From positions 832,001 to 896,000 of the forward strand of contig BK006938.2 of the NCBI GenBank assembly GCA_000146045.2: a stretch of DNA of 64,000 bases, given 5' to 3'. Made by a program: the position numbers and the translations under genes. Position 1 is the first letter of the stretch. Each line of letters opens with the position of its first letter. This stretch comes from TPA_inf: Saccharomyces (lineage: Eukaryota). A model generated the notes under the pieces. It worked only from the letters and a program-made list of their open reading frames with translations, had not been told where the DNA came from and did no database searches. Below are positions 24,317 through 33,011 of the stretch, in pieces.

Positions 24317-24814
24317 ATGACAGATGCTTTGGAACAGAGCGTCCTTGCGTTGGAGGGAACAGTTTCAGTATTGAAGGATTCTGTGGAGTCTTTAAAATGT
24401 GCAAATGAGCCAAGCACGAACCTTGCATCGACAATGTTGCAAACCAAAAGGGTTTTCCGTTTAGTTCCCGAATATGATGTTGAAAGATCAAAATTAGATT
24501 TGATTGAAGAGGTAGAACCGCTGGTTAGGACTCTGGGCGATAAGTTACGTAAATCTATGGGTAGAATGCAAAGGGAACTCGATACTTTGCAGCAAACTTA
24601 TGAATTAAACGATTTAAGGCTAAAGAAGAACATTAGTATGGATGACGATGATGCTCTGAATAGTCCAGACATGGGTCAAGAATACGAAGGCAGAGACGCG
24701 GACGACGTGGTTATGATGGCATCTTCTACTAATGAGGAATTGGAAGAATTGAAGAAACTAAAGGAAAAGAAGAAGCAACTGGAGAATAAGTTGGAAATAC
24801 TCAAACAGAAATAG
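24317..24814 (+). CDS. SPC19: SPC19 (YDR201W), subunit of the DASH/Dam1 kinetochore complex, 165 aa.
   Basis: 165-aa ORF, MTDALEQSVLALEGTVSVLKDSVESLK... ATG at 24317. Confidence 0.9.
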   Translation: MTDALEQSVLALEGTVSVLKDSVESLKCANEPSTNLASTMLQTKRVFRLVPEYDVERSKLDLIEEVEPLVRTLGDKLRKSMGRMQRELDTLQQTYELNDLRLKKNISMDDDDALNSPDMGQEYEGRDADDVVMMASSTNEELEELKKLKEKKKQLENKLEILKQK

Positions 24815-24897
24815 TTAGAAGTTTATTTTTTAAAGCATCCATTTATCTCTTTATCCAGTTTGTATTATAAATTATTGTTAATGTTATCGCTAGTAGA

Positions 24898-25953
24898 TTA
24901 CTTATATGTACTTAACTGTTTGCTAGCTACCAAATTTGCTTGATGGTTCGCCATCGAAGCTTTGAGACTGTTCAATTTGGCGCTTATACTGATCAAAGTT
25001 GGATCACTTGTAGATACTATTAACTTTTCACATTCCATGACTACCCTATTATCGAAAGTAACGCCCCTTCTTAATAATTCCTGAGCTTCTGGAAGTGTTA
25101 TAGCTTCACTTTGAAAAGAAGAAATTATGTGGTTAAGTAATGTGGAATCCTGGACTTGTACACCGTTTTCTGAGAGGATCTTAGATAAAGTTTTGTTTCT
25201 TTCATTTGTCACTTGATTTCTTATTTGGTCGCAAAATGACCTGCCAGTTTTACTATCAATCTCGCACCAAGGTTTTTTAGTCACCTTAATTAGATTTCGT
25301 AGTTCTATGCAAAGCTCATTCCTACAAAGCGTAAGTTCCAGTCCTAGGATGTGAGCTGTGGATTCGCAGACTGAGTAACAATCCTGGAACATTTCCTTCA
25401 TAGCAAAGTTGTTATCTTCTGGGAATACCAGGTCTCTAGGAGGATTTTGTAAAAGTATTAGAGAATGGTTCAAAAGTTCCATGGCCACGCCAAATTTGGA
25501 TACGAATTCGCTGACATCTGTAGCTACTTGAAGTTGATTCAGTATTTCCAAAATATTTTTCAAGTGCGTCATTATCTTACTGAATTGAATAAGTAAGAAA
25601 TTCAGTCCCGTATTCATTCGGAACATAACTTGTTTACCCCTTTGAAATTGTGGGAATCTGACAACAATGTGAAAGTCAACAATGTATTGGCCTTGTCTTG
25701 TGATAACACCCTTTACCGTCGGAGAGTCGTTTTGTTTGTTACTTTCGTTGGGAATACCATTAGATACAGGCATTTTGAATATTTGGTCACTCTCTAGCAT
25801 CTCTAGGCATTTAGAAAAGTTGTCAATAATGTTGGGTAATTGCGGTTTGACGATTTCTTCGATGAGCCAGGAGCATTCTTTTACGGCATCCTTAAAGTTG
25901 TCGTATTTATCTTCTGCACCAAATCTATCATTTGGAAACAAATCAACACTCAT
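24898..25953 (-). CDS. RAV2: RAV2 (YDR202C), subunit of the RAVE complex that regulates V-ATPase assembly, 351 aa.
   Basis: A 351-aa ORF at the expected position. ATG at 25951-25953. Confidence 0.88.
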   Translation of the reverse strand: MSVDLFPNDRFGAEDKYDNFKDAVKECSWLIEEIVKPQLPNIIDNFSKCLEMLESDQIFKMPVSNGIPNESNKQNDSPTVKGVITRQGQYIVDFHIVVRFPQFQRGKQVMFRMNTGLNFLLIQFSKIMTHLKNILEILNQLQVATDVSEFVSKFGVAMELLNHSLILLQNPPRDLVFPEDNNFAMKEMFQDCYSVCESTAHILGLELTLCRNELCIELRNLIKVTKKPWCEIDSKTGRSFCDQIRNQVTNERNKTLSKILSENGVQVQDSTLLNHIISSFQSEAITLPEAQELLRRGVTFDNRVVMECEKLIVSTSDPTLISISAKLNSLKASMANHQANLVASKQLSTYK

Positions 25954-26136
25954 ATTGCTTTTCGAGCACTTCCACTGTGTGCTTGATCAGATACTATAAT
26001 TTTGTAATTCACTCAACCCCGAATTGCTCCATTCAGTATATATACTTCATATAACTTTTGAGAGAAAAATAGTTGCGGTTTGTGGAAAAGAAGGGGAGGA
26101 AAGCAATTAGCTACAAAAAAGGACAAGTAAAAGAGT

Positions 26137-27144
26137 ATGTTGAGGTTATCTTTACTGAGATCAACAGCTACTTTGCCAGTGAAATGCCAACGTCGTGGGC
26201 TAATATTACCTGCGGCGGCAATGTACACCTTAGGCTCATTAATATTTGGTAAGGAAGCAAGGTTGGCGGATGCCATGGAACGTGGTGAGTTACATAACAA
26301 GAACGTTGATTATGCGAAAGAAGCTGAAGAGCGTACCGAGTTACGTATTAGGGCCCTGGCTAATACTCGGCCAATGGAACCTCGGTACAACGGCCATGTT
26401 CCCCTTCATCGGTACGAGAAATTGCTGCTGTTTGCAATTTCCGGTTGGAATTCATTTTTCCATCCTGAAGATGGTTATAATATTGTACAATTGGGTGAGG
26501 CAACTGCATTGCCGGTCTTCTTGGAGAATTTGAAGCAAACAATGTTAAGTGATTCCTCTGGGAGGCGCATTTTGAAGGAACAACCCAATATCACAACAGA
26601 GATTTTGCATATGGACAAACTAGCTAAATTGCCACATAACACGTTTGGGTATGTATATTACCAATGGTTGAAAAGAGAAAACGTTTCTCCGGACACTAGA
26701 GCACCTGTCAAATTTATCGACGATCCTATGCATGCATATATCTTTAAGAGGTATAGACAATGCCACGATTTCTATCACGCTATAACCAACATGCCTATTA
26801 TCATTGAGGGGGAGATCACCATAAAGGCTCTTGAAGGTGCCAACCTGGGCGTCCCAATGGCCATTCTCGGTGGTATCCTTGCACCTTTACGTTTGAAAAA
26901 GGTGCAAAGAAAAAGATTATATAATATATATCTCCCTTGGGCTGTCAGAACAGGTTTAAGCTGCAAGCCATTGATCAACGTGTATTGGGAGGAAATGCTG
27001 GAGAAGGATGTTACTGCTTTGAGGAAAGAGCTAAAGATAACACTCCCTCCGGATCTAAGGACAATGAGGAAGGAGCGTGCAGCCCTTAGGAAGGAGATTG
27101 ACGCAAAATACAACTCACAGAAACGAGCCACGACTCCAGCATGA
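26137..27144 (+). CDS. COQ4: COQ4 (YDR204W), ubiquinone biosynthesis protein, 335 aa.
   Basis: The 335-aa ORF has an N-terminal mitochondrial presequence (MLRLSLLRSTATLPVKCQRRG) and the Coq4-family HDxxH...E zinc motif (HDFYHAIT). Confidence 0.93.
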   Translation: MLRLSLLRSTATLPVKCQRRGLILPAAAMYTLGSLIFGKEARLADAMERGELHNKNVDYAKEAEERTELRIRALANTRPMEPRYNGHVPLHRYEKLLLFAISGWNSFFHPEDGYNIVQLGEATALPVFLENLKQTMLSDSSGRRILKEQPNITTEILHMDKLAKLPHNTFGYVYYQWLKRENVSPDTRAPVKFIDDPMHAYIFKRYRQCHDFYHAITNMPIIIEGEITIKALEGANLGVPMAILGGILAPLRLKKVQRKRLYNIYLPWAVRTGLSCKPLINVYWEEMLEKDVTALRKELKITLPPDLRTMRKERAALRKEIDAKYNSQKRATTPA

Positions 27145-27345
27145 ATCAGCAGAACAACTTTTATCTCTCGCCCATGAAGTTAGATATTATTATTTAGTCA
27201 GCTATAATATACTATATAGGATGGTCGTCCAAGGCGATCTTGCGATCTCTCATCTTTAAGAAAAGTAAGGTCGTTGATATTATTGACATTAAAGGTTATG
27301 GATAGAGGCAGGTGGTGTTTCCTCGTGTCCGTATCAAGCAGAATA

Positions 27346-29520
27346 ATGAATCTGCAAGAACTATTAGCGAAAGTACCGCTGTTGTTATCGTATCCGACCA
27401 TTATTCTATCCAGTAATCTGATCGTACCTTCCCATAATGATCTCATATCACGAGCAGCCTCTACATCAGCAGCAGAGTATGCTGACGAAAAGCTAATATT
27501 TTTCAGTACAGATCATGCCATCAGACTGATTTTTCTGCCAACCTTCGTAGCTTCTTCCTTTAACCTATTTGCGCACTATTTTAACTTCATCAATTACTCT
27601 AGCCGAAGGAAGTATTATGTTTTATTTACTGCAATTTATTTCCTATCCATATTGACTGCGATTTTCCATCCAATTCAGTCAACATGCATCACTCTATTGA
27701 TTATCAAGCTCCTGACTACCGCTGATGAGTCTTCGCCAAAAATTGCCCTCAATTTCAAGACCATTTTGAAAACATTTGTTCCCTTTATTACTTTAACATT
27801 AGTTATATTGCGTTGGGATCCTTCTTTTGATGCCAGCTCAGGAGATGTGAACAAAATTTCTACGTCTTTGGCCGCATATGCTCTCTTAATATTAACGCTA
27901 AGATATGCATCACCGCTGATATTATCGACGTTATCAAGTAGCATAGGTGTTGTTTCCAAAGACACCAGCGTCGCACAGCATTCGATAAGTAGAAATAAGA
28001 GATTTCCGCTAATTCTCGTGTTACCGATTTTTTCCTTTGTTCTTTTGTATCTAATGACTATAGTTAACAAGACTTACAATATCCAGTTATTAATGGTATT
28101 TGTGTTTTTTGGATGTCTGTCCATTTTCTTTTTATCGTTAAAAGATTTGTTCACAGAGGATGGAAATCAAAAGAAGGGAGGCCAGGAGGATGAATATTGT
28201 CGTATGTTTGACATAAAGTACATGATTTCCTATTTATGGCTGACAAGGTTCACCATTTTATTGACAGGCATAATGGCTATTGTAGTACATTTTTTATCGT
28301 TTAATGAAATTACTTCTTCCATCAAAACTGATTTGTTAAGTTTACTTTTCGTCGTAGTGGCAGAATATGTTTCCAGTTTCTCTAACAAACAACCTGATTC
28401 GCACTCCCATAATCATGCACATCACCATTCCCATCTAACCGATTCATTGCCTCTCGAAAATGAAAGTATGTTCAAACAAATGGCATTGAATAAGGACACC
28501 AGGTCCATTTTTTCGTTTTTATTGTTGAATACCGCTTTCATGTTTGTACAACTTTTATATTCCTTTCGTTCCAAATCATTGGGCTTATTATCTGATTCGT
28601 TGCATATGGCCTTAGATTGCACATCTTTGCTCTTAGGTCTAATTGCTGGTGTATTGACCAAGAAACCAGCAAGTGATAAATTCCCTTTCGGTCTAAATTA
28701 TCTTGGTACCTTGGCAGGTTTCACCAATGGTGTTCTGTTACTCGGCATAGTGTGCGGTATCTTTGTGGAGGCAATTGAGAGAATTTTCAACCCCATTCAT
28801 CTTCATGCAACAAATGAGTTGTTGGTTGTTGCTACGTTAGGCTTATTAGTGAACCTTGTAGGTTTGTTTGCCTTCGACCATGGTGCACATGATCATGGTG
28901 GTACTGATAATGAAAACATGAAGGGGATTTTTTTACATATATTGGCAGATACATTAGGTTCTGTTGGCGTTGTTATTTCGACGTTATTAATCAAGTTAAC
29001 ACACTGGCCAATTTTTGATCCGATCGCCTCTTTATTAATTGGTTCCTTGATTTTACTTAGCGCTCTGCCCCTGCTAAAATCTACTTCCGCAAATATTTTA
29101 CTAAGACTGGATGACAAGAAGCATAATCTAGTAAAGAGTGCGCTAAACCAGATTTCAACGACGCCAGGAATCACAGGTTATACAACTCCTAGATTTTGGC
29201 CGACAGAGTCAGGCAGTTCCGGGCATTCACATGCACACACGCATTCTCATGCAGAGAATCATAGCCATGAGCATCATCATGATCAGAAAAACGGTTCACA
29301 AGAACACCCGAGCTTGGTGGGCTATATTCATGTACAGTATGTAGACGGCGAGAATTCGACAATTATCAAGAAAAGAGTTGAAAAAATATTCGAAAATGTG
29401 TCGATTAAAGCGTGGGTACAAGTTGAGCCTCAAAATTCCACTTGTTGGTGCCGGGCTACTTCTATGAACACAATTTCAGCTAACCCGAATTCTTTACCGC
29501 TACAGCCTATAGCAAATTGA
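27346..29520 (+). CDS. MSC2: MSC2 (YDR205W), ER/nuclear-membrane zinc transporter of the cation diffusion facilitator family, 724 aa.
   Basis: The ORF track extends upstream to a TTG at 27274. The ATG at 27346 (MNLQELLAKVPLLLSY...) gives the known 724 aa. It has multiple TM helices and His-rich loops (HSHNHAHHHSH and GHSHAHTHSHAENHSHEHHHD), as expected for a CDF zinc transporter. Confidence 0.9.
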   Translation: MNLQELLAKVPLLLSYPTIILSSNLIVPSHNDLISRAASTSAAEYADEKLIFFSTDHAIRLIFLPTFVASSFNLFAHYFNFINYSSRRKYYVLFTAIYFLSILTAIFHPIQSTCITLLIIKLLTTADESSPKIALNFKTILKTFVPFITLTLVILRWDPSFDASSGDVNKISTSLAAYALLILTLRYASPLILSTLSSSIGVVSKDTSVAQHSISRNKRFPLILVLPIFSFVLLYLMTIVNKTYNIQLLMVFVFFGCLSIFFLSLKDLFTEDGNQKKGGQEDEYCRMFDIKYMISYLWLTRFTILLTGIMAIVVHFLSFNEITSSIKTDLLSLLFVVVAEYVSSFSNKQPDSHSHNHAHHHSHLTDSLPLENESMFKQMALNKDTRSIFSFLLLNTAFMFVQLLYSFRSKSLGLLSDSLHMALDCTSLLLGLIAGVLTKKPASDKFPFGLNYLGTLAGFTNGVLLLGIVCGIFVEAIERIFNPIHLHATNELLVVATLGLLVNLVGLFAFDHGAHDHGGTDNENMKGIFLHILADTLGSVGVVISTLLIKLTHWPIFDPIASLLIGSLILLSALPLLKSTSANILLRLDDKKHNLVKSALNQISTTPGITGYTTPRFWPTESGSSGHSHAHTHSHAENHSHEHHHDQKNGSQEHPSLVGYIHVQYVDGENSTIIKKRVEKIFENVSIKAWVQVEPQNSTCWCRATSMNTISANPNSLPLQPIAN

Positions 29521-30053
29521 CAATTCTTTGTCCTGCATACCTTTTATATTAATTTTTTAAACAAGATTTCATATACATAACGGTACCTATCGTAATTATT
29601 GGCGGCTGCTTGTGTTGATCACGTCTTACGGGAAATATCACAATGGAAGAAAAAAAATACTTCTAACGAAGGAAAAGATGTCATCCAGCATTGACCTCAA
29701 ATTACCGAAGAGGTTGATAAAGCAATTAGCATCCAATCGGTATCATAATTCGGAAATTAAGGGGGAATCCTCTACATTTGGTGTTTCTTCTTTCCATATA
29801 TTTTGAATGTTTTTTTCCTATGAAAAGTGTCTTCAGGAATCATATATGTAAAGAGATCATTCAATTAAATACATCATCGAACTAAGATTATAAACAAGAA
29901 TTTAACAAAGTCACTTAATATATCAAAAAGAAGGCTTTTAGGAACTCAAAAATCCGCATCATTTGCAATTTAAAACGTACGTCATCAGGCGTATATATTC
30001 AAAGAAAATATCTCAGTTTCATTGCACTGGCTTACAGTTGATATTTCAATTAA

Positions 30054-32708
30054 ATGGAACCATCGAATACCCAAAAAGAAGATCTTCCTACCGCTTTTAA
30101 TGGTATAAAAAGTCAATTAAACAGCATATTAAAATCGAATCAATTATTTCAAGATTATGCGCTATTAAATGGGTTCTTGGCATTTGTTCATTCCAAATTG
30201 AATGCCGCAATCCTTACATCTATAGAATCACAATGTGGGAAATCCTTTGCGGCTGATCTTGATTCTTTTGATCAGAGCAGTATCTCTTCGATTTTAGATT
30301 TTTCTTGGGAAAGCGTTCACTATCCAATATTCAAATGGTTTCAGATGTGGAGGAATTATATTCTTTTTGAGAAGGAGAATAAAAAACAGCAGACCAAATT
30401 TATCGACTTTAGAAAGATGAATTCGAAGATGTTAAAATTCTTCAAAACGGTGCAAAACTTCTATGTCAACGTTATCAACACGGTTTATAAGAAATATGAT
30501 ATATCTGTACTTTTGCCGAAAAGGATTATCCAAGACTTAAAGTTAAGTGACATCGAAAATACCACTAATGTTGGAGACATTCTTGCGGTGAAGACATTTA
30601 ATAGTAGTAGCCCACTCGCACATCTCATCCCAACGCTTTTCCATCGCTGTCTCTTATTCTTAGGAACAGCGTATCGTTATAAAACTCTCCTCGAAGAAAT
30701 TTCCAATAAATACAGCATATCCAATTTTAAAAAATCTCTGGACTTCTTTCGTTTAGCTTCGTTGGTGTTACCAAGTGCTGGTGAGACGTATTCGCAAGCA
30801 GGAGCGATATTCCTTCAAACAGGAAATTTGGGGATTGCAGTATTCAATTTTGTTAAAGGTATGATGACGAAGATGCCAAGCCCTGTTTCAATCAAAAATT
30901 TTGGGGCATTAATGGTGGACAATAAAAGTTCATTAAATCGTAGCTTGCATACTACTATCATGAACACTTACTTACAAGAATCTAAAGGACCCAGGACACC
31001 TGCTAAAGAGATACTAGAATTTTATTTCCTGGGCCTTTTTGGGTCTGTTTGGTCACCTACCAGTTGGAGAGATGATACAAAACCTAACCAATTAAATAAC
31101 GGTATCAAGTTAAGGCATTTGGAAAATGCACTCTACGAGACGATGTCAGCAAGATACCTGAATAATATTAAGACCATCTTTCACAATTTGATCATTACAA
31201 TTGGTGGGTTCCATCTATTATTAAAAAGGCGTTCCGATGTAAGTGCAAAAACCTTGAAGGATTTACGTAGCAATGAATTGGATTACCTAAATTTTGCATT
31301 CAAGTATATTGCTCACATTTTAAATGATATCGTTAAGGAATCATGGAGCGAAAATCCTGAGGTTTCAGAAATTCTAGGTATGGTAAGAATTATCAATTGT
31401 TGGATAAAAGCAAATCCCATGGTTCTTCAATATTCACAAAGTAATCTAGAGTTTGTTAATGCCTTGGCATACTTGATAAATGATATTGTGAAAAAAAAAC
31501 CAAGTCCTTCTTTTAGTATAACAGAACATATTCCTAAAAGGACATACTGGTTCGAAGAAGACTTAATGGTGAAGGGTTTATCATTCGTTAACTTTCAACT
31601 ATCTGATTTTGACGATTATGAAAAAATTCTTGAAATGGATCATAGTCTCGATAGATTAATTGGTAATCCGCCATTATGCGACAAGTTATCGGCATCATCT
31701 GAAATGCTGTTAAGGTTGCAGGCTGTTGTGAATATAAGTTCGCAATTATTGCAGAACAACAACTGCGGAGTAGAATGGTCAGATAATAAATCACGTTATA
31801 TCTTTAATAAGAAAATTGGATTTAAGGAGACCGTTAAAAATAGTATGAAGACATCGAAGCAATCCAATGAAAAGGCCAAGTTACAAAGAAAAAACAAACC
31901 TTCGACCACTAATGGCTCAATATCCATGGCGGATTTGGAGAGACAAATGAGAAGTAGCTCTTTGGATTCTTTTTCTCCAACTATGGGTTATAGTGGTTCG
32001 TCTGTACCTATGGCCCCAGATACGTTCAATGTTAAGCCCAGCGGTACAATAACGGGGAACAAAGTAAATGTAGAACTGTTAAAAATCGAACTAAGCGGTC
32101 AAAACGCCGATGGCGCTATTACGAATATATCTCCTGGTTACAGTAACGCAGCGATCTCTTCTTCAAATTCGACAGATGAATCATCCTTCGATTTGAACAA
32201 CATCCTATCTTCAATGCAACAAAAGCACGCGGAAAAATCATTTGCCAAATCCATGCAAGGGGTGAATGAACAAATTCCAGCGAATGACGTCTGCCATCAA
32301 GCCCAGAGGCCAATGCAAGGTGGTCTGTATTCATCACAGCAACCTTCATCGATGTCTTCATTAAACTCCGCGTATCAGAATGCCTCGATGCCTCCATCTG
32401 CCTCCATGGTATCCTATCCCTATCCTTTTTTGAACCAGCAGGGGCAAGGGGTCTTTCCGCCTTATAATGCACAAAATTTACAATGGCAGAGCGAAGCTTA
32501 CTCATTAAAGTCAATGAATTTTGCAAATCCAACGTGGCTAGGTGACCAGTACCAGACATCTGCGCCGTCGTCAGCATATGCGCAAGCGCAACGGCAAATG
32601 TTTCAACAACCTATGCAGCAAGATGTGGGGAAGTACATGCAATTTCCTTTTGACGCCCAAAGCAACACGGACAGCATGAGGGGAAACAGTCGGAATAATA
32701 TGTTTTAA
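30054..32708 (+). CDS. EBS1: EBS1 (YDR206W), Est1-like (Smg5/6/7-family) protein implicated in translation inhibition and NMD, 884 aa.
   Basis: An 884-aa ORF with ATG at 30054 and a Q/S/N-rich C-terminal third. Confidence 0.88.
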   Translation: MEPSNTQKEDLPTAFNGIKSQLNSILKSNQLFQDYALLNGFLAFVHSKLNAAILTSIESQCGKSFAADLDSFDQSSISSILDFSWESVHYPIFKWFQMWRNYILFEKENKKQQTKFIDFRKMNSKMLKFFKTVQNFYVNVINTVYKKYDISVLLPKRIIQDLKLSDIENTTNVGDILAVKTFNSSSPLAHLIPTLFHRCLLFLGTAYRYKTLLEEISNKYSISNFKKSLDFFRLASLVLPSAGETYSQAGAIFLQTGNLGIAVFNFVKGMMTKMPSPVSIKNFGALMVDNKSSLNRSLHTTIMNTYLQESKGPRTPAKEILEFYFLGLFGSVWSPTSWRDDTKPNQLNNGIKLRHLENALYETMSARYLNNIKTIFHNLIITIGGFHLLLKRRSDVSAKTLKDLRSNELDYLNFAFKYIAHILNDIVKESWSENPEVSEILGMVRIINCWIKANPMVLQYSQSNLEFVNALAYLINDIVKKKPSPSFSITEHIPKRTYWFEEDLMVKGLSFVNFQLSDFDDYEKILEMDHSLDRLIGNPPLCDKLSASSEMLLRLQAVVNISSQLLQNNNCGVEWSDNKSRYIFNKKIGFKETVKNSMKTSKQSNEKAKLQRKNKPSTTNGSISMADLERQMRSSSLDSFSPTMGYSGSSVPMAPDTFNVKPSGTITGNKVNVELLKIELSGQNADGAITNISPGYSNAAISSSNSTDESSFDLNNILSSMQQKHAEKSFAKSMQGVNEQIPANDVCHQAQRPMQGGLYSSQQPSSMSSLNSAYQNASMPPSASMVSYPYPFLNQQGQGVFPPYNAQNLQWQSEAYSLKSMNFANPTWLGDQYQTSAPSSAYAQAQRQMFQQPMQQDVGKYMQFPFDAQSNTDSMRGNSRNNMF

Positions 32709-32866
32709 TATTGTTCGTTTTTTATCATAGTTTTTCAAATCTTCATATGAATACTAGGTAGAAATTTGGCTTATCAGTACGAATGAATTACAGTTTGACT
32801 GATTTGTACACGAGAATTGACGTATAACTTCTTTTGAAAGTCTTTGAAATTACATGGTAGTACATA

Positions 32867-32889
32867 CATATATATATATATATATATAT
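32867..32889. repeat. (TA)n dinucleotide microsatellite, about 11 units, in the EBS1/UME6 convergent intergenic region.
   Basis: atatatatatatatatatatatg. Confidence 0.9.
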
Positions 32890-33011
32890 GTTATATTATT
32901 GTTAATTAAATATTATTATGCGTATTTTCCTTTTCTTTATTAGTATAGTATTAATGACAGTAATAATAATAATAATAGTAACAATATCTCTTTTTTTTTT
33001 TCAGTGAGCTT

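Noticed and set aside
25682-25999. A 105-aa plus-strand ORF overlapping the RAV2 5' end (YDR203W, dubious).
   Set aside because: It is antisense to RAV2, with no domain and no independent signal.
27274-27345. The 24-codon N-terminal extension of MSC2 in the ORF track (748 aa rather than 724 aa), and the similar TTG-initiated extensions of SLY1 (6371) and RKM2 (21978).
   Set aside because: The extensions start at TTG, which the ORF caller treats as an alternative start. The first in-frame ATGs give the known protein lengths.
29595-29610. A URS1-like motif (TTGGCGGCTG) between MSC2 and EBS1, a possible Ume6 site.
   Set aside because: It is only a partial match to the TCGGCGGCTA consensus, and no neighbouring gene is an obvious meiotic or early-meiotic target. 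It is too weak to call.
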